Source of the DNA: Candidatus Limnocylindrales bacterium
GTDB taxonomy: Bacteria; Chloroflexota; Limnocylindria; Limnocylindrales; CSP1-4
DNA: 61,245 nt
Direction of reading: 5' to 3'
NCBI GenBank assembly: GCA_035717865.1
Contig: DASTIE010000001.1
Coordinates: 1 to 61,245 of the forward strand
The position numbers and the translations under genes were made by a program. Position 1 is the stretch's first letter; every line of letters starts with the position of its first letter. Positions 56,633 to 61,245 of the stretch are shown here, one piece after another. The notes below the pieces were generated by a model. That model was not told the origin of the DNA. It was given only the letters and a program-made list of their open reading frames with translations, and searched no databases.

Positions 56633-56677
56633 GTCGCTCCTCACGCTCGGGCCCGGCGGCCCGTCGACGCGTCGATC

Positions 56678-57685
56678 CTAGCCCCGCGAGACGGCGCCCG
56701 CCATGGCCGGGATGACCTCGTGACCGATTTTCTCGAGCTGCTCGCGCTCGTCGCCGTTCATCAGGTAGACGTTGAACTGGTCGACCCCGGCGTCTGCTAG
56801 GACGCGCAGCTTCTCGACGATCTCGTCGACCTCACCGAGCACGCAGAAGCGGTCCGTCACCTCGTCGCCGACGAAGCCGGCGTTCGACGAGCCGACCTCC
56901 GCGTGGTGGTGATAGTCGTAGCCAGTCCGGTCCGTGATGTAGCCCGTGAGCGTCTCGGGCAGCTGCTCGCGCGGGTACTTGTTCACGAGATCCACGACGT
57001 GGTTCGAGACGAGCGCTGGGAACCACCGGGTCCGCTCCCGCCCGAGGTCACGATCGCCGACGTGCAGCGGCGCGGCCGCCTGGACCTTGATCGAGGCCGG
57101 GTCGCGGCCGGCGCCGGACGCCGCCTCGCGGACCTGGCCGACGAACCACCGGATGAGGTCCGGGTCCGCGAGCTGCAGGATCACGCCGTCCGCGACGCGA
57201 CCGGTCATCGACAGCGCCATCGGCCCGTACCCCGCGACCCACACCGGGAGCCTGTGCTTGCCGCTCCACGGCAGGTTGAGCTCCGTGCCCTCGTAGGTCA
57301 CCGGCCGGCCCTCGACGAGCTCGCGGATGACGTGGATCGCCTCCTCGGTGTTCGCGAGCGTGATGGGCGGCTTGCCGAGCACGCGCCGGGCGGAGTCGCC
57401 ACGGCCGATGCCGAGGTCCATGCGACCGCCGCTGATCTCGTTCAGGGTGGCGAGGTCGGAGGCCGTGACGGAGGGCTCGCGCGTGCCCGGGTTCGTGACG
57501 CACGTGCCGAGCCTGAGGCGATCCGTGTGCTCCGCGATGAGCGCGAGCAGCACGTACGGCTCGCGCCACAGGACGTGCGAGTCAAAGAGCCACAGGTAGT
57601 CGAACCCGACCTCCTCGCCCAGCTTCGCCAGCGCCAGCGTGTCCTGGATCGAGTGCTCCGGCTTGAGCGTGAATCCGAACTGCAT
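56678..57685 (-). CDS. LLM-class (luciferase-like) flavin/F420-dependent oxidoreductase
   Basis: ORF 56678..57814 trimmed to the ATG at 57685 (preceded by GGGGAG). MQFGFTLKPEH.., ..FDYLWLFDSH.., ..RLRLGTCVTNP.., ..GRMDLGIGRGDS... Confidence 0.85.
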   Translation of the reverse strand: MQFGFTLKPEHSIQDTLALAKLGEEVGFDYLWLFDSHVLWREPYVLLALIAEHTDRLRLGTCVTNPGTREPSVTASDLATLNEISGGRMDLGIGRGDSARRVLGKPPITLANTEEAIHVIRELVEGRPVTYEGTELNLPWSGKHRLPVWVAGYGPMALSMTGRVADGVILQLADPDLIRWFVGQVREAASGAGRDPASIKVQAAAPLHVGDRDLGRERTRWFPALVSNHVVDLVNKYPREQLPETLTGYITDRTGYDYHHHAEVGSSNAGFVGDEVTDRFCVLGEVDEIVEKLRVLADAGVDQFNVYLMNGDEREQLEKIGHEVIPAMAGAVSRG

Positions 57686-57762
57686 TGTCTCCCCGTCGTG
57701 GTGTGAGGCGGTGAGAGTACCGCGCAGATTGCGGGTATTGATCGATTGCGGCCCGCCCGACA

Positions 57763-59703
57763 GTGCGTACGCTCCGAGCAATGAGAGCAGGACTCGCACT
57801 CCACCTTTCGCCATTCGCGATCGCAGCTGCCATCGCCGGAGGCTCGGTCCTGGTGGCGGTCGCGGTCGTTGGGCTCCTGTCGGTGAGCCCTCCCCCGCCG
57901 TTCGAGCCCAGCTCCTACCTGGATCGCGCGTGGTACCAGGCGCTCTCCGGAGCCGTCCTCATCCCGCTCGCATGGAGGCTCCGCCGGCGCAACGATGCCG
58001 TGGCATTCGCGCTTTTCGCCGCCGCATGCCTCCTCGCTGGCTGGGCCATGGAGGCGATCCGATACGACGACGAGGCGAGTGGCAGCCCCGTCTTCCTTGT
58101 GCGCCTCGTTGCGGGTCTGGCGCTCGTGCCCGCGACGACGGCGGCGATCGGCGCGTTCGCATCGACACCGCCGCGCCGCCTCGCCAGGGCGGTACCGGTC
58201 CTGCTCGTCGCCATCGTCGCGATCAGCGTGGTTACCGTTGTCGCCCAGACCGCGGTCCGCGTGGACGGCGGCTCCTATGACGGGATCGCACAGAGCTTCG
58301 TTGACTGGTTCTCGTCACCCTTTATCACGCTCACGGTCCTCGGCCTGGCGCTCATGGGCAGTGTCCGCAACGAGGCCCTGCGCTTCGTCTCGGCGGCGGC
58401 AGCCACGCGCCGATCCGGGACCGTGCCGCGCCGCCTGGGCTACGCCGTCATGGCTGCGCTGACCGTCGCGGGGGTCGTGGCTGTCGGCGGCCTCCAGACC
58501 CCGGGCGCGGCCCAGGGCCACACGCTGCTGCCGCTGCTCGCGGTTCTCATCGCGATCATCGGGGCGCGGTGGAGCGCGTACGTGTCGTGGACGGCCGTTT
58601 CCATCTCGCTCGCGATCAGCAGTGGCGTGATCTTCTCCACGGCCGTGGACGTCGAAGTCCAGAAGCTCGTCCAGGATCCCGACGGGACGTGGATCCCGAC
58701 GGCGAGCTGGGTGTTCATCGCCGGTGTCTTGCTCGTGGTCACCGCGTCGGGCCTCGCGGCCGCCTCCATGGCGCTCGTGGAGGCGTCCAGGTCGAGAGGG
58801 CGTGGGGACACCGCGAGCGTGCCGTGGTCCACCTTGACCGCGGCAGGGATCGGCGTCGCTGCGTGGGCATCGGTTGGACAGCTGGTCGGCGACGACGACC
58901 TGCTGCCGCTGCTCGAAGGACCACTTTGGGCGTTCTACATGGCCACGGTGGTGCTCGGGCTGCTGCTGGTCCTGGCGGCCTTCGAGGCGATGCGAAATCG
59001 ACTCGTCCCCGCGATCGCCGAGGCGGAGGCCACGGCACGGCGGCCGCTCCGGCCGTTCATGTACCTGGAGACGGTCGCGATTGAGACGCTGGCGGCCAGG
59101 GCGGCACTCCGGCGGAGCACCGCGGCCGCGGAGCGCTCCAGGCTCGCCTCCGACCTACACGCACAGATCCTGCCCTCGCTCGCCGACATCCGGACGCGCT
59201 ACGAGACCGGGGCCGCGGACGTGGAGGTCGCCGATCGGCTGCGCCAGCTCGAGCGGGAGGTCCGGGATCTCATGGCCGAGCGCCGGCTCGTCGTGCTCGA
59301 GGAGTTCGGCATCGTCGAGGCGATCGAATGGCTCATCGGTCGTGCTGAGGAGCGAGCGTCGATGGACATCCAGCTGTCGGTCGACGATCGAACGACGGAG
59401 ACGCGACCTCCTCGCGAGGTCGAGCGCGCAGCGTTCCGGATCGCCCAGCTGGCGATCGAGAATGCGCTGCAGCATGCGGCGCCCTCGCGCCTGGAGCTCG
59501 CCGTGCTCGCCCGGTCCGATGAGGTTCGGATCTCCGTCGCCGACGACGGACGCGGCTTCGGGCCAGCCACGGCGTCACGGGACAGGGATCGCGTCGGCAT
59601 CTCGGACATGCGCTCCCAGGCGGCGGACGTCCATGGCGAGGTCCAGGTCGTCAGCCCGGCGAGCGGCGGCACGATGGTGACATTCGCCTGGCCCGCGGCC
59701 TGA
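57763..59703 (+). CDS. Sensor histidine kinase (HisKA_3/NarX-type) with a large polytopic N-terminal domain
   Basis: About 10-12 TM helices, then the H-box ..ERSRLASDLHAQILPSL.. and the HATPase part ..IAQLAIENALQHA.., ..DDGRGF.., ..GISDMR... Alternative start at ATG 57781. Confidence 0.8.
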   Translation: MRTLRAMRAGLALHLSPFAIAAAIAGGSVLVAVAVVGLLSVSPPPPFEPSSYLDRAWYQALSGAVLIPLAWRLRRRNDAVAFALFAAACLLAGWAMEAIRYDDEASGSPVFLVRLVAGLALVPATTAAIGAFASTPPRRLARAVPVLLVAIVAISVVTVVAQTAVRVDGGSYDGIAQSFVDWFSSPFITLTVLGLALMGSVRNEALRFVSAAAATRRSGTVPRRLGYAVMAALTVAGVVAVGGLQTPGAAQGHTLLPLLAVLIAIIGARWSAYVSWTAVSISLAISSGVIFSTAVDVEVQKLVQDPDGTWIPTASWVFIAGVLLVVTASGLAAASMALVEASRSRGRGDTASVPWSTLTAAGIGVAAWASVGQLVGDDDLLPLLEGPLWAFYMATVVLGLLLVLAAFEAMRNRLVPAIAEAEATARRPLRPFMYLETVAIETLAARAALRRSTAAAERSRLASDLHAQILPSLADIRTRYETGAADVEVADRLRQLEREVRDLMAERRLVVLEEFGIVEAIEWLIGRAEERASMDIQLSVDDRTTETRPPREVERAAFRIAQLAIENALQHAAPSRLELAVLARSDEVRISVADDGRGFGPATASRDRDRVGISDMRSQAADVHGEVQVVSPASGGTMVTFAWPAA

Positions 59704-59710
59704 GGTCGGG

Positions 59711-60382
59711 GTGGGAATCCGGATCCTCGTCGTCGACGATCACCCGGCGGTGACGGACAGCCTGGTCCGCCTCGTCGAGGAGGAGGCGGACCTAGAGGAG
59801 CCCGCCATCGCCCGCAACCTGGCAGAGGCGACCGAGGTCATCGAGCGGCTGGGGGCGGATCTCGACCTCGTTGTCTGCGACGTGCAGATGGGCGGCGAAG
59901 CAGAGGGGCTGCGGTTGCTCGAGCGGTTCGGCAGCCGCCCGCGGCCGCGGTTCCTGATGCTGTCGGCGTTCGACTACCCGACGTTGGTGCGTGCGGCGTT
60001 CGAGCGAGGCGCGCGCGGCTACCTGCTCAAGACCGCCGAGCTCGCGGAGATCGTCGCGGCGATCCGCTCAGTCGCCGCGGGCGCGACGGCTTTCTCCGCA
60101 TCCACATTGACCTCCATCAGCCTGGCGCGGAGGCGTCCCAGCGTTCGCGAGATCGAGCTGCTCGTCCTCCTGGCTGCTGGAGCGAGCAATGACCAGATCG
60201 CATCCGAGCTCGTGCTCTCGCTGAAGACCGTCGAGAGCCACCTGCGCCGGCTCTTCAACCGCTACGGCGTGATGAACCGAACCGAGCTCGCCGTGCTGGC
60301 GCTGCGCGAAGGCTGGATCGATGCCGCCGCGCCGCCCGCGACGCGCGGAGACGCAGAGGGCCCGGTCCCAAGTCGTTCCTGA
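59711..60382 (+). CDS. NarL/LuxR-family response regulator
   Basis: Receiver ..RILVVDDHPAV.., ..DLVVCDVQMG... C-terminal LuxR HTH ..REIELLVLLAAGASNDQIASELVLSLKTVESHLRRLF... Confidence 0.9.
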   Translation: MGIRILVVDDHPAVTDSLVRLVEEEADLEEPAIARNLAEATEVIERLGADLDLVVCDVQMGGEAEGLRLLERFGSRPRPRFLMLSAFDYPTLVRAAFERGARGYLLKTAELAEIVAAIRSVAAGATAFSASTLTSISLARRRPSVREIELLVLLAAGASNDQIASELVLSLKTVESHLRRLFNRYGVMNRTELAVLALREGWIDAAAPPATRGDAEGPVPSRS

Positions 60383-60385
60383 CGA

Positions 60386-60837
60386 TCAATCACGCGGCCA
60401 GATGGAGGAGCGCTCGGCTTTCGACGTCCACGCCACCACGTCCGCCCGGCCGGCGAACTGGTAGTGCTGATACGGCTCATCGATTCCTACGCCGTACCCG
60501 CGCCGACGAAGCTCGATCGCCTCGAGCTCGCCAATCGCCGAGTGGACCATGTCTGTCGACAGGTTCGCGCCAAGCCTGCGACGGCGCTCGACGACATCGA
60601 TCTCGAGCCTGCGGTCAAGGCCACTGCGAGGCGCACCATCGTCCCGGCCGATGCAGGCGTCCCCGACTCGACGCGGTAGACCATGTCCGGCGACACGCCT
60701 GCCCGCGCGGCGAGCTCCGTCACCGACCAGCCGCGCGCGAGCCGGGCGTCGCGAACCCGGACGCCGAATGCGTCGGCTACCCGTCGGAGCTCGAGGGCCG
60801 CCCTGGGGTTGGCCGGCTGGCTCTTTCGTGGCGACAT
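60386..60837 (-). pseudogene. XRE-family HTH regulator disrupted by a 1-nt frameshift (or an assembly error)
   Basis: Frame A (ORF 60487..60837) encodes a good HTH, ..RDARLARGWSVTELAARAGVSPDMVYRVESG..MVRLAVAL, then Ser/Arg/Ala-rich junk. Frame A+2 from about 60620 reads LDRRLEIDVVERRRRLGANLSTDMVHSAIGELEAIELRRRGYGVGIDEPYQHYQFAGRADVVAWTSKAERSSIWPRD, ending with a stop at 60386..60388. Confidence 0.55.
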
Positions 60838-61127
60838 TGGAAACCTATCAACGAGTTGCGGCTTATCGCGCGGTTACCAACCCTCGTTCACAGGCTCGAC
60901 GCCTTGCCGATGCCCGCCTGATCACGCCGCCGAGCGCGGGGGGTGCTCGATCACGCTCGATCGGCGACCGCGACCGGCATCGATCCAGGCACTCGCTGCT
61001 CGGTCTCGTCCCAAAACCTCGTCAGTACGCGCCCCTTGCCGAATAGGTTTCGATTGTGGCCTCCGCACGCGAACGAACCGCCGACCGCCGAGCCGTCGCG
61101 CGGCGTCTGCGTTCGGCGTGCGACGCG

Positions 61128-61244
61128 CTACGGGCGGACGAGGTCGTCGTAGGCGTCGGGGCGGCGATCCCGGTAAAACTGCCACGTCTGGCGGACCTGC
61201 TGGACGAGGTCGAGGTCCATGTCGCGGATGATCAGCTCCTCGTC
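61128..61244 (-). CDS. Carbon-nitrogen hydrolase (nitrilase superfamily, N-carbamoyl amidohydrolase-like), C-terminal 38 codons; the rest lies outside the window
   Basis: The minus strand from the window edge reads DEELIIRDMDLDLVQQVRQTWQFYRDRRPDAYDDLVRP, ending with TAG at 61128..61130. The ..W.F.RDRRP..Y.. tail is typical of this family. Confidence 0.6.
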   Translation of the reverse strand, partial: DEELIIRDMDLDLVQQVRQTWQFYRDRRPDAYDDLVRP

Positions 61245-61245
61245 G

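Noticed and set aside
60683-61231. 182-aa plus-strand ORF and 87-aa minus-strand ORF in the last 500 nt
   Set aside because: Both are Arg/Ser/Gly-rich with no motifs. The only convincing coding signal there is the C-N hydrolase C-terminus on the minus strand (61128..61244).

Overview
This is a 61.2-kb window of very GC-rich (roughly 70%) bacterial chromosome. The gene content looks Actinomycetota-like: a SufB/SufD/Rieske layout, an MMPL transporter, an LLM-type flavin/F420 oxidoreductase, two Lgt paralogues, and many ATGA/GTGA-coupled starts. I support about 55 protein-coding genes. Most long ORFs in the six-frame track are antisense or out-of-frame shadows typical of high GC, and I rejected them. 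I recognised no rRNA, tRNA, CRISPR array, transposase or integrase. Layout: (i) 1-6.4 kb holds a P-type ATPase 3' end, a secreted Cys-containing protein, an aminotransferase, MMPL and OsmC. (ii) 6.5-19.1 kb is a glycan locus: a six-gene, overlap-coupled assembly operon (GT2, GT-C-like membrane protein, DUF1616-like, GT4, flippase, two-domain propeller protein), followed by convergent secreted GH26, GH16 and GH16 hydrolases. (iii) 19.5-26 kb is an orphan cluster of ATP-grasp, cyclase, TPP enzyme and two GT2 genes. (iv) 26-29.5 kb holds NHL propeller, YcaQ/AlkZ-like and Nudix genes. (v) 29.5-33.6 kb is an interrupted suf locus. (vi) 33.6-52.6 kb is housekeeping or catabolic: penicillin acylase, OCD, VIT1, lgt, plsC-like, CBS plus cystathionine lyase, pckA, mdh, second lgt, mmsA, pyruvyl transferase, Rieske oxygenase. 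(vii) 52.6-57.7 kb is a co-directional chain of LLM oxidoreductase, a 20-aa Lys-rich micro-ORF, a small membrane ORF, dihydropyrimidinase, VOC, RsbW-like kinase + STAS, and PP2C. (viii) 57.8-61.2 kb holds a two-component system, a frameshifted XRE gene and a C-N hydrolase 3' end. The most interesting observations are: a c-di-GMP-I (GEMM-I) riboswitch in the leader of the large GH16 gene; a kinase-STAS-PP2C partner-switching module encoded in one reading frame but broken by a single in-frame TGA exactly at the STAS/PP2C boundary; an unannotated Lys-rich micro-ORF with its own SD and terminator; an attenuator-like leader in front of a GT2 gene; and a suf operon split by an inverted gene plus an AT-rich spacer carrying 12-nt direct repeats.
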